A stretch of 64,000 bases of DNA from assembly GCA_965221695.1 (NCBI GenBank), contig OZ244905.1, positions 2,848,001 to 2,912,000 on the forward strand, written 5' to 3'. Both the position numbers and the translations under genes were made by a program. This stretch comes from Gammaproteobacteria bacterium (GTDB taxonomy: Bacteria > Pseudomonadota > Gammaproteobacteria > Eutrophobiales > Eutrophobiaceae). Below are positions 1 to 9,087 of this stretch, in pieces. A model generated the notes under the pieces. That model searched no databases. It saw only the letters and a list, made by a program, of their open reading frames with translations, and was not told the origin of the DNA. The stretch's first letter is position 1. Every line of letters starts with the position of its first letter.

Positions 1-1053
1 TTGCAGTTTACCGGGGGCACTACCGGCAGAGCCAAAGGCGCTTGTATCAGCCACCATTCCCTGTCCGTCAACCTGAGCCAGCGCGAGGCGATTTTTCCCA
101 CCCGAGACGATGTGGAACGGATGTTGTGCATCATGCCGCTTTTTCATTGTTATGCGGTGTCCATGTGCCTGCATGCCATGGTATATCGGCGCGGCGCCCT
201 GGTAATCCTGCCGCGTTATCATCCCACAGAGGTCGTTGCCGCCCTGGTCAACGAGAAGATCAGCGTGTTCGCCGGCAGCCCCACGGTTTTTACCGGACTG
301 CTGAATTATCCGGACTTTGCCGGAGCCGATTTTTCCAGTTTGTATATCTCCTCTTCCGGGTCGGCGCCTCTGGCGGAAAACATCCTGAACAAATGGGAAA
401 CGATCACCGGCACGCCGATACTCGAGGGTTACGGCCAGTCCGAGGCAGGCCCGGTCATATCTTTCAACCCGCTACATGGGATCAGGAAACCAACCTCGGT
501 GGGTATCCCCGTGCCGCAAACACAAATCCAGATAGTTGATCTTGAGACCGGCGAGAAAGTTCTGGAAGCCGGACAAAAAGGCGAGATCCGGGTGGCCGGT
601 CCCCAGGTTATGCGCGGTTACCGCAACCGTCCGGAAGAGACAGCCCAGGCATTGCGCAACGGTTGGTTGTACACCGGTGATATCGGCGAACTGGACGAGG
701 ATGGCTACCTGTATATCCGCGGCAGGAAAAAAGAAATGCTGCTGGTATCGGGCTATAACGTTTTTCCCCGGGAAATCGAGGAAATCCTGCATCAGAATCC
801 AAGTGTGAAAGAAGCGGCCGTGGTTGGCAGGACGGATACCTACCGCGGTGAGTTGCCCGTTGCGTTTATCGTCCCTGTTGCGGAGAGCAGCGCGGATGCG
901 GAATCGTTGCAGGGATTTTGCAAGAAAAATCTGGCGCCCTACAAGATTCCGGCGGAGTTCCGCCTGTGTGAAACGTTGCCAAAAACCGTGGTAGGCAAGG
1001 TGGACAAAGTCGCCCTGACACAGATGGCAAACGGCGCAACAGGCAACGGGTAA
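1..1053 (+). CDS. Long-chain fatty-acid--CoA ligase / AMP-binding enzyme (5' end outside window)
   Basis: ANL motifs FTGGTTGRAKG, EGYGQSE, WLYTGDIG, LPKTVVGKVDK. Confidence 0.9.
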   Translation: MQFTGGTTGRAKGACISHHSLSVNLSQREAIFPTRDDVERMLCIMPLFHCYAVSMCLHAMVYRRGALVILPRYHPTEVVAALVNEKISVFAGSPTVFTGLLNYPDFAGADFSSLYISSSGSAPLAENILNKWETITGTPILEGYGQSEAGPVISFNPLHGIRKPTSVGIPVPQTQIQIVDLETGEKVLEAGQKGEIRVAGPQVMRGYRNRPEETAQALRNGWLYTGDIGELDEDGYLYIRGRKKEMLLVSGYNVFPREIEEILHQNPSVKEAAVVGRTDTYRGELPVAFIVPVAESSADAESLQGFCKKNLAPYKIPAEFRLCETLPKTVVGKVDKVALTQMANGATGNG

Positions 1054-1070
1054 CAAAACGTGCGGGGCTA

Positions 1071-1315
1071 TGGCCCGGATTTCTCACCAGGCGATGCGAT
1101 GATTGCGCCGGATTTTTTGCGCCTGCAGGCGCCTGCGACCGATAGCATAGCCGTAGCTCTGGTTGAGGGAGCACGTGCCCGCAGGCGCAAAAAAGACAAG
1201 CAAGGGCGCATCGAGCGCAGTATGTAATGTTGAGATCGCGACCATACTAAAATGACTCATTGACAGCACATATGTTTCAGTTAGCAACGAGCGGCCTGGT
1301 GAGAAATCCGGGCTA
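1071..1315. mobile_element. 245-bp MITE-like structured element, copy 1
   Basis: Terminal inverted repeats tggcccggatttctcaccagg / cctggtgagaaatccgggcta; gap-free homologue at 13851-14095. Confidence 0.85.
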
Positions 1316-1349
1316 TAATAATCCCGTGTTGATCCAGGGCGCCCGGGAA

Positions 1350-3389
1350 ATGCCGCGCAGGATCGGCATTGTCGGCGCCGGGACCATCGGCCCGGATATC
1401 GGTTATTACCTGAAAAGCGCCATCCCTGGCTTGAACCTTGTCTTGATAGATATCAGCCGGGACGCCTTGGACCGGGCCGTGGACAGAATCCATGCCTATG
1501 CGGACAAGGGCGTGGCCAGGGGAAAGCTGACTTCCGAGCAGGCAGAGGATGCGCGCCGGCACATCAGCGCTTCTGTGGACTACGACGACCTGACAGGATG
1601 CGATTGGGTCATTGAGGCCGCCACGGAAAATCTCGAACTGAAGAAACAGATATTCTCCACAGCGGAAGCCGTTATCGACAGGGAAAGCCTGATTACTTCC
1701 AACACCAGTTCCATCCCGGCCAACTTATTGTTTTCGCACCTGCGCTACCCCGATAGGACTACCGTTACCCATTTTTTTGCGCCGGCCTTCCGCAACCCGG
1801 TTGTGGAAGTGGTCGACTGGGAAAAAGCCGACCCGGGCCTGCTGCAACTATTACGTTGGCTGTTTTACATGACCGGCAAGACGCCAATCGTCACCCGCGA
1901 TGTGGTCTGTTTCATGCTCGACCGGATCTTTGACAACTGGTGCAACGAAGCCGGATTACTGCTCGGCCGGGCTACTCCGGCGCAGGTGGATAGCGTGGCC
2001 TGCGCTTATGTGCAGGCCGGGCCGTTCTTCGTGCTGAACATGTCCAACGGCAACCCGATCATCATTGAGACAAACTCCCTGCAGGCCGAATTCGAAGGCG
2101 CGCATTATCTGCCGGCAGACATCTTCCGGGAAGCGGAAGACAGAAAACGGGTGGCGCCGAACAACGCCTCGACTCACAGCGCGGAAGAAAAATGGGATGA
2201 ATCCGGAAACTGGTTGACCATCAACCCCGGGGAAACAGCGGACGCGCCGGAGCCGGTGGCGGCGGAAATCCGCGATCGTTTGCTGGGCGTTCTATTCTCC
2301 CAGAGTGTGGACATACTGGACCGGGACATCGGCGTCGCCGCGGATCTGGAACTGGGTTGCCGGCTTGCTTTTGCCTTTAGGAAAGGTCCGTTGGAACTGA
2401 TGCGAGACCTGGGCGAGGATGAAACCCGGCGCGTGCTGACCACATTCACCCGCGCCAGGCCCGGCATGCCCGCGCCGCAACAGCCGCTGCGCGCCTATCA
2501 GAGGTTTCGCCGTTTTATCCTTGTGGATGAGTTGGAAGAGGTAAAGATTATCAGTTTGCGCCGTCCGGAAGCCTTGAACGCGCTGCACGAAGAGATGACC
2601 GACGAGATCCTGGACCTGATCAATGAATACGAGGATGATCCGGGAGTCGCTGGTTTCATCATTACCGGCTACGGCGTCTCGGCTTTTTGCGCGGGCGCGG
2701 ATATCGGCAGGTTTCCTGCCATGCTCGGGGACTCGCAACGCAGCGCCGAGTATGCGCGTGCGTGTTCCCGCTTGCTCGTCTGCCTCGACAACTGCAGCAA
2801 GCCGGTGGTGGCAGCATTGAACGGCATGGCGCTGGGCGGCGGTCTGGAACTGGCCGTGCGTTGCCACGGGATGGTTGCCACGAACAATACCTGGTTGCAG
2901 TTCCCGGAAATCACTCTCGGCATCGCGCCCGGCCTTGGCGCTATGGTCGTTCCCTACCGGCGTTGGCCGGCCGCCGCGCAAGCGTTTCATGGTATGTTGC
3001 TAAAGGCGGAGAAGATGGGCGCGTCTGACGCGCGCCGGCTGGGAATTATCGATGAATTGGCAGGGGATCATTCCGACCTGATTCCGGCCGCAATGCGCCG
3101 GGTGCGGGAACTGGCGCGGCAACGCCACATGCTGCCCGGCAGTCCTGTGAGTATTGCCGAGCCTGCCGCGTCGGATGAGCCGCCTCACAGCGTCGATGGC
3201 GCCGCCCTGAGCCACGCTGTGACGACGATTATTCGCCGCGCGATCATGGATGCCGCCGCCGCTCCCTCGCTTGACGCCGCCCTGGAAACAGGTTACCGCG
3301 CATTCGGCGCCAGCGCTTGCACGGCAGCAGCCAGAGAGGGGATCGGCGCGTTCGTTGAAAAAAGAACGCCCGACTTTACCGGGCTCTGA
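1350..3389 (+). CDS. 3-hydroxyacyl-CoA dehydrogenase / enoyl-CoA hydratase fusion (dehydrogenase N-terminal, hydratase C-terminal)
   Basis: GAGTIG Rossmann motif, VIEAATENLELK, SNTSS, HFFAPA; C-terminal FCAGADI and ALGGGLELA crotonase motifs; start moved to the ATG outside the repeat. Confidence 0.9.
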   Translation: MPRRIGIVGAGTIGPDIGYYLKSAIPGLNLVLIDISRDALDRAVDRIHAYADKGVARGKLTSEQAEDARRHISASVDYDDLTGCDWVIEAATENLELKKQIFSTAEAVIDRESLITSNTSSIPANLLFSHLRYPDRTTVTHFFAPAFRNPVVEVVDWEKADPGLLQLLRWLFYMTGKTPIVTRDVVCFMLDRIFDNWCNEAGLLLGRATPAQVDSVACAYVQAGPFFVLNMSNGNPIIIETNSLQAEFEGAHYLPADIFREAEDRKRVAPNNASTHSAEEKWDESGNWLTINPGETADAPEPVAAEIRDRLLGVLFSQSVDILDRDIGVAADLELGCRLAFAFRKGPLELMRDLGEDETRRVLTTFTRARPGMPAPQQPLRAYQRFRRFILVDELEEVKIISLRRPEALNALHEEMTDEILDLINEYEDDPGVAGFIITGYGVSAFCAGADIGRFPAMLGDSQRSAEYARACSRLLVCLDNCSKPVVAALNGMALGGGLELAVRCHGMVATNNTWLQFPEITLGIAPGLGAMVVPYRRWPAAAQAFHGMLLKAEKMGASDARRLGIIDELAGDHSDLIPAAMRRVRELARQRHMLPGSPVSIAEPAASDEPPHSVDGAALSHAVTTIIRRAIMDAAAAPSLDAALETGYRAFGASACTAAAREGIGAFVEKRTPDFTGL

Positions 3390-3418
3390 TTACAGGGCAA
3401 AACCGTATGGAGAGACAC

Positions 3419-3781
3419 ATGCAAAACAATCAGGAAAATACCAACCCGGAAGTCTATCACCACCAGGCGGACAACCTGCCGGCCCATAGTTCCCATGACG
3501 ACGATATCCTGTCGGAGGAGAAAGTCAATGCCTACTGGAACGCCAATCTTCGTCTGTTGCTGATATTGTTGGCGATCTGGTTCACCGTCTCCTACGGTTT
3601 CGGCATACTGCTGGTCGACTGGTTGAACCGCTTCAGCCTGTTCGGCTTCCGGCTGGGCTTCTGGTGGGCGCAACAAGGGTCGATATATACATTTGTGATC
3701 CTCATTTTCGTCTACGTGGCGCTGATCGGCAGGATCGACCGCAGGTTCGGCGTGGATGACGATGACACCCAGGGAGACTAA
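3419..3781 (+). CDS. DUF4212 small membrane subunit of a sodium:solute symporter
   Basis: AYWNANL and GFRLGFWWAQQGSI signature; directly upstream of an SSS transporter. Confidence 0.85.
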   Translation: MQNNQENTNPEVYHHQADNLPAHSSHDDDILSEEKVNAYWNANLRLLLILLAIWFTVSYGFGILLVDWLNRFSLFGFRLGFWWAQQGSIYTFVILIFVYVALIGRIDRRFGVDDDDTQGD

Positions 3782-3783
3782 CA

Positions 3784-5556
3784 GTGACGCCCCAGATGCT
3801 GATCTATATCGTAGTCGCTTTTACGTTTGCCCTGTATATCGGGATTGCCATCTGGTCGAAAGCCGCGTCAACCAGGGATTTCTACGTCGCCGGCGCAGGG
3901 GTGCATCCGCTGACCAACGGTATGGCGACTGCGGCGGATTGGATGAGCGCCGGTTCGTTCATTTCCATTGCCGGCATGATCGCCTTCTCGGGTTACGACG
4001 GTTCGGTGTACCTGATGGGCTGGACCGGTGGCTATGTCCTGCTTGCGCTGTTGCTGGCTCCGTACCTGCGCAAGTTCGGCCAGTACACCGTGCCGGATTT
4101 CATCGGTGAACGCTATTATTCCAGTTCAGCCCGCGTGGTGGCCGTGATCTGCCTGGTATTCATCTGCTTTACCTATGTTGCCGGCCAGATGCGCGGGGTA
4201 GGGGTGGTGTTCTCCCGTTTTCTGGAAGTGGAGATCACGACCGGCGTGATCATCGGTATGGCGGTGGTCTTCTTCTATGCGGTGTTGGGCGGAATGAAAG
4301 GCATCACCTATACCCAGGTCGCGCAGTATTGCGTGATGATTTTTGCGTACATGGCGCCGGCGATCTTTGTCTCGTTGCTGGTCACCGGCAACCCGGTGCC
4401 GCAACTGGGCCTGTCCTCCGAAGTGCTGGACGGATCCGGCCTCAGGGTGTTGGAAAAACTGGACCAGGTGCTGGTGGAGCTGGGCTTTGCCCCCTACACG
4501 GAGGGCAGCAAAAGCGCCATCGATGTATTTGCGATTACCCTGGTGCTCATGGCCGGCACAGCCGGATTACCCCATGTTATCGTGCGTTTTTTCACCGTAC
4601 CCAAGGTGTCCGATGCGCGCAAGTCCGCGGGTTATGCCCTGGTCTTCATTGCGCTGCTATACACGACCGCGCCGGCTCTCGCGGCGTTCTCGCGACTGAA
4701 CTTCATTGATACGGTGAACAATACAAGCTACCAGGAGGCGCCGTCTTGGGTGAAGACCTGGGAAGATATCGGCCTGGTTGCCTGGCTCGATAAAAACGGG
4801 GACGGCAGGATTCAGTATGCCGCCGGCGATGCTTTCGAGGGCGCGCCGGTGTTTATCGAAGGGCAGGGAGAGCATGGGCAGAAACTGGTGGACAACGCGC
4901 CGCTGGACAATGTCAACGAGGTTTATGTGGACCGCGATATCATCATGCTGGCCAGCCCCGAAATTGCGGCATTGCCGCCCTGGGTGCTGGCGCTGGTCGC
5001 AGCCGGCGCGCTGGCCGCGGCGTTGTCCACCGCGGCCGGCCTGCTGCTGGTGGTGTCGGCATCCGTATCCCATGACCTGCTCAAGAAAACCCTGATGCCG
5101 GCTATCAGCGAAAAACAGGAATTGTTCTATGCCCGTACTGCGGCCGCGCTGGCCATCTGTTGTGCCGGCTACCTGGGCATCAATCCGCCGGGTTTCGTCG
5201 CCCAGGTGATCGCGTTCGCATTCGGACTTGCCGCCGCATCCCTGTTCCCGGCCATTTTCCTCGGCATTTTTGTGCGCAATATGAACCGGGAGGGCGCGAT
5301 TGCCGGTATGTTGAGCGGCCTGCTGTTCACTTCGGCGTACATCGTATACTTCAAGTTCATCAACCCCGCGGCCAGCCATCCGGATAACTGGTGGTTCGGC
5401 ATCTCGCCGGAGGGCATAGGCTGCCTGGGAATGGCGATCAACTTCGCCGTCGCGTTGGCGGTGAGCCGCTTCAGCGCCCCGCCGCCGGAGCAGGTCAAAG
5501 CCCTGGTCGACGATGTGCGTATTCCCAGCGGCGCCGGGGTTGCGCATAAACATTAA
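3784..5556 (+). CDS. Sodium:solute symporter, ActP-like (VC_2705 type)
   Basis: NGMATAADWMSA, GTAGLPHVIVRFFT, AALSTAAGLL motifs; many TM segments. Confidence 0.9.
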   Translation: MTPQMLIYIVVAFTFALYIGIAIWSKAASTRDFYVAGAGVHPLTNGMATAADWMSAGSFISIAGMIAFSGYDGSVYLMGWTGGYVLLALLLAPYLRKFGQYTVPDFIGERYYSSSARVVAVICLVFICFTYVAGQMRGVGVVFSRFLEVEITTGVIIGMAVVFFYAVLGGMKGITYTQVAQYCVMIFAYMAPAIFVSLLVTGNPVPQLGLSSEVLDGSGLRVLEKLDQVLVELGFAPYTEGSKSAIDVFAITLVLMAGTAGLPHVIVRFFTVPKVSDARKSAGYALVFIALLYTTAPALAAFSRLNFIDTVNNTSYQEAPSWVKTWEDIGLVAWLDKNGDGRIQYAAGDAFEGAPVFIEGQGEHGQKLVDNAPLDNVNEVYVDRDIIMLASPEIAALPPWVLALVAAGALAAALSTAAGLLLVVSASVSHDLLKKTLMPAISEKQELFYARTAAALAICCAGYLGINPPGFVAQVIAFAFGLAAASLFPAIFLGIFVRNMNREGAIAGMLSGLLFTSAYIVYFKFINPAASHPDNWWFGISPEGIGCLGMAINFAVALAVSRFSAPPPEQVKALVDDVRIPSGAGVAHKH

Positions 5557-5588
5557 CACGGCATTGTCTCCTTTGTGGAAATAAAATA

Positions 5589-6512
5589 ATGCGCGCATTG
5601 ACGAACAGGTTCACCGTTGCCGCGTTGTATAAGTTCGTGCGCTTGCCGGATTTTCGCGAGTTGAAGCAGCCGTTGCTGGAACGCTGCCGGGCGCTGGAGC
5701 TGAAGGGAACCTTCCTGCTGGCTCCCGAAGGCATCAACGGCGCCGTAGCCGGCAGCAAGGAAGGTATTGCCGGCATCCTGGATTACCTGCGTTCAGATTC
5801 CCGTTTTACCGACCTGACGCATAAGAAGTCGCGCGCTGCCAGGATTCCTTTTCACCGCATGAAGGTCAAGCTCAAGCAGGAAATTGTCTCGCTGGGTATC
5901 GCGGGTGTTGACCCGATACAACGCCAGGGCAGGCATGTGGAACCGGAAGACTGGAATGCGGAGGTCTCCCGTCCTGACACATTGGTTCTCGACGTTCGCA
6001 ACGACTATGAAACCGATATTGGTAGTTTTAAAAATGCGAAAAAACCGAATACCGGGACGTTTCGTGAGTTTCCGGATTACGTCAAAAAAAACCTCGACCC
6101 GGCGCAACACCCCCGTATCGCGATGTACTGCACCGGCGGGATTCGCTGCGAAAAAGCCTCCTCGTACCTGCTCTCGCAGGGGTTTACAGAAGTCGTGCAG
6201 TTACAAGGAGGCATTCTCAACTACCTGGAAAAAGTTGACCACGATAACAGCCGCTGGGAGGGAGAGTGTTTTGTCTTTGACAGCCGGGTTGCGGTCGATC
6301 ATGAGCTTGCGGAAGGGGATTATGAACAGTGTTACGCCTGCCGCCGGCCGCTGAACCAGGATGACATGGCCTCGGAAAAATACCAGCCCGGGGTATCTTG
6401 CCCCCGTTGTTTCGATGCTTTGACGCCGGAACAACGGCAGCGCTTCGGCGAGCGCCGGCGCCAGGTCGAGTTGGCGGAGAGTCGCGGCGAGCAGCATATC
6501 GGCACAGCCTGA
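5589..6512 (+). CDS. trhO: tRNA uridine(34) hydroxylase (YceA-type rhodanese protein)
   Basis: ALYKF, EGINGAV, DVRNDYE, MYCTGGIRCEKA, GECFVFD motifs. Confidence 0.9.
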   Translation: MRALTNRFTVAALYKFVRLPDFRELKQPLLERCRALELKGTFLLAPEGINGAVAGSKEGIAGILDYLRSDSRFTDLTHKKSRAARIPFHRMKVKLKQEIVSLGIAGVDPIQRQGRHVEPEDWNAEVSRPDTLVLDVRNDYETDIGSFKNAKKPNTGTFREFPDYVKKNLDPAQHPRIAMYCTGGIRCEKASSYLLSQGFTEVVQLQGGILNYLEKVDHDNSRWEGECFVFDSRVAVDHELAEGDYEQCYACRRPLNQDDMASEKYQPGVSCPRCFDALTPEQRQRFGERRRQVELAESRGEQHIGTA

Positions 6513-6543
6513 CGGGATCCCCGTCGTTCAACGTGGCGCGCGC

Positions 6544-7605
6544 GTGGTGAACCGAATATCAGCACAGCCCGGCGAAAACCCGCAGATTTTCCCCGCGCGC
6601 CTGGCGCGCCTCTATGACCATGTGAACCATGGCGATTTCTCCGACTGGATTGACGCCATCAATAACCTGCCTGAAATCAGCCCGTCGGCCATCAGCCTTG
6701 ATGCGGATACCGTTCGTATAGGCGCCGCGACCGATTGCAGCGTATCCCAACGGGAAACCATGCGCCGGCAACTGCGGCGCTTGCTGCCCTGGCGCAAAGG
6801 TCCGTTCAACCTGTTTGGCGTGAACATCGACGCAGAATGGCGCGCCGACATGAAATGGCGCCGTTTGCAAGACAGTATTGCCCCATTGTCCGGACGTACC
6901 ATCCTGGATGTGGGCTGCGGCAACGGCTATTACGGCTGGCGTATGCTGGGGGCCGGCGCTAAGCGGGTGGTGGGAACCGACCCGACTCTGCGTTATGTCA
7001 TGCAACAGCGCGCCGTCGCAAAATACCTGCCGGATGCTTCGTTCGATATATTGCCGTTCACGCTGGAGGCGCTGGCAGAGACTGTAAACGGTTCCATCCC
7101 GGCAGGAACAGGCTTGCGCTCCCATGCTGCGCGCGCCTCTCTTCCTGCAAAGCAGGCGCTCGCACCTTACCTGCAACAACTCGGAATCAGACGAGCAGGC
7201 TTCGACACGGTTTTCTCCATGGGTGTGATCTATCATCGGCGCGACCCCGCAGAGCATATCCATGACCTGCTGAGCTTCTTGCGCCCCGGCGGCGAATTGG
7301 TACTGGAATCGTTGATCATCGATGAGAAGCATGGCGATGTGCTGAAACCCCGGGGTCGCTATGCCAGGATGAGGAACATCTGGGCCATCCCTTCCATCGC
7401 CAAGCTCAAAAGCTGGTTGTCCGACGCCGGCCTCAGATCCATCAAGGTCGCGGATGTGTCTGTCACAACACCAACCGAACAACGGGTCACCGACTGGACC
7501 TTCGAGCAATCCCTGTCAGACTTCCTGGACCCGGAAAACCCCCGCCTCACCATTGAAGGCTACCCGGCCCCGCAGCGCGCGATCGTGATTGGCGCAAAAT
7601 CCTGA
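6544..7605 (+). CDS. cmoB: tRNA U34 carboxymethyltransferase, carrying an in-frame insertion
   Basis: PWRKGPF, IDAEWR, DVGCGNGY, FDTVFSMGVIYH, TIEGYPAP. Confidence 0.9.
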   Translation: MVNRISAQPGENPQIFPARLARLYDHVNHGDFSDWIDAINNLPEISPSAISLDADTVRIGAATDCSVSQRETMRRQLRRLLPWRKGPFNLFGVNIDAEWRADMKWRRLQDSIAPLSGRTILDVGCGNGYYGWRMLGAGAKRVVGTDPTLRYVMQQRAVAKYLPDASFDILPFTLEALAETVNGSIPAGTGLRSHAARASLPAKQALAPYLQQLGIRRAGFDTVFSMGVIYHRRDPAEHIHDLLSFLRPGGELVLESLIIDEKHGDVLKPRGRYARMRNIWAIPSIAKLKSWLSDAGLRSIKVADVSVTTPTEQRVTDWTFEQSLSDFLDPENPRLTIEGYPAPQRAIVIGAKS

Positions 7606-7698
7606 TTGAGATAAAGTCTCAAAGGAACTCTGACCAAATCAAGAACTCCGACGATGTGAAACAGTTTGCAATAAGTATCAATAGTGATATTATAAACT

Positions 7699-7953
7699 AT
7701 GGATGGCATTGAAAAAATAGTGGGACTAATGAGAGAGAATCCCAACGGGGTTCGGTTTAGTGAATTGCAGAATGTATGCGTCCACTATTTTGGCAAGCCG
7801 CGACAAAGTAAAGGCAGCCATTGTGTTTATAAAACCCCTTGGCCGGGCGACCCCAGAGTGAACATACAAAATCACAAAGGCAGGGCTAAACCTTACCAGG
7901 TCAGACAAGTGTTACGCGCAATTGAGAAATTGGAGACAAATCGTGAAGTCTGA
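7699..7953 (+). CDS. hicA: HicA-like type II toxin
   Basis: NPNGVRFSEL...GSH...VNIQ...KPYQVRQV pattern; overlaps the antitoxin start. Confidence 0.8.
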   Translation: MDGIEKIVGLMRENPNGVRFSELQNVCVHYFGKPRQSKGSHCVYKTPWPGDPRVNIQNHKGRAKPYQVRQVLRAIEKLETNREV

Positions 7954-8272
7954 AGTCAAGAAGTATACCTATCGAATTATCTGGTCCGAGGAAGATCAGG
8001 AATTTGTCGGCTTATGTGCCGAGTTCCCTGGCCTTAGTTGGTTGGAACCTGATCACGATAATGCCTTAAAAGGTATTCGAGCGCTTGTAAACGAGTGTAT
8101 TGAAGATATGGTTCGTTCCAAAGAGAACATCCCTGTTCCCATTTCTACCCGACAATACAGTGGAAAATTTATTGTTCGCGTTCCGCCGGAAGTGCACCGT
8201 AGTCTTGCGATGGAAGCCGCTGAGTCCGGTGTTAGTTTAAACCGCATAATCAGCGCCAGGCTTGCGCGCTGA
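7943..8272 (+). CDS. hicB: HicB family antitoxin with ribbon-helix-helix domain
   Basis: YRIIWSEED..VGLCAEFPGLSW; YSGKFIVRVPPEVHR...GVSLN. Confidence 0.85.
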   Translation: MKSEVKKYTYRIIWSEEDQEFVGLCAEFPGLSWLEPDHDNALKGIRALVNECIEDMVRSKENIPVPISTRQYSGKFIVRVPPEVHRSLAMEAAESGVSLNRIISARLAR

Positions 8273-8362
8273 CAGGATCAGCGCTGAGAGAATGTTTGAA
8301 GCCCTGCAGTTTTTGATATAATTGCACCGAAATGGCAACAACGTGCCCGCAGGAGGAATAAC

Positions 8363-9022
8363 ATGCCTTTACGAATTGGCGATGAAGCGCCGAACTTCAC
8401 TGTTGACACCACAGAGGGAACGATCAATTTTCATGACTGGATTGGCGACGGTTACGCGATCCTGTTTTCCCATCCGAAGGATTTTACGCCTGTCTGTACC
8501 ACGGAACTGGGATATATGGCCGGGCTCAAGCCGGAATTTGATAAACGCAACTGTAAAATTATCGGTTTGAGTATCGATTCCGTCAATGATCATAACGCCT
8601 GGTTGAACGATATCGAGGAAACCCAGGGCCACGCGGTGAATTACCCGCTGATAGGCGACAGCAATCTTGAGGTGGCAAAGCTCTATGACATGATCCATCC
8701 GAATGCCAGCGGTACCGCAAAGGAGAGGACCCCGGCGGACAATGCCACTATCCGTTCCGTGTTCGTCATCGGTCCGGATAAGCTGATCAAACTGATCATT
8801 ACTTATCCGATGAGCACCGGCAGAAATTTCGACGAGGTGCTGCGGGTACTGGATTCCATCCAGTTGACCGCCAGGCACAAGGTAGCCACGCCCGTCAACT
8901 GGCGCCAGGGCGAGGATGTGATCATCGTGCCCGCAGTATCGGATGAAGCCGCGAAGGAGAAATTCCCCGACGGCTGGAAGGCCCCGAAACCCTACTTGAG
9001 GATCGTGCCACAACCGGAGTAG
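8363..9022 (+). CDS. 1-Cys peroxiredoxin (Prx6 family)
   Basis: FSHPKDFTPVCTTE, YPMSTGRNFDE, VATPVNW. Confidence 0.95.
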   Translation: MPLRIGDEAPNFTVDTTEGTINFHDWIGDGYAILFSHPKDFTPVCTTELGYMAGLKPEFDKRNCKIIGLSIDSVNDHNAWLNDIEETQGHAVNYPLIGDSNLEVAKLYDMIHPNASGTAKERTPADNATIRSVFVIGPDKLIKLIITYPMSTGRNFDEVLRVLDSIQLTARHKVATPVNWRQGEDVIIVPAVSDEAAKEKFPDGWKAPKPYLRIVPQPE

Positions 9023-9087
9023 TCAATATACTTTGGGAAACTCTGAGACTTAATCAGAGGGTCCTTAGGCAAAACGAGGAATAACTT

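Noticed and set aside
1230-1255. Variable loop of the 245-bp element as a bridge-RNA-like guide matching its insertion site
   Set aside because: Only 4-5-nt matches to the flanks in copy 2 and none in copy 1, and no IS110 recombinase in the window; kept only as a testable idea.
1260-1349. ORF-track N-terminal extension of the dehydrogenase/hydratase gene
   Set aside because: It starts inside the 245-bp repeat; the Rossmann motif begins right after the ATG at 1350.
2131-2210. Possible short insertion in the dehydrogenase (DRKRVAPNNASTHSAEEKWDE)
   Set aside because: It cannot be distinguished from a normal variable loop without an alignment, and no repeat signature is visible.
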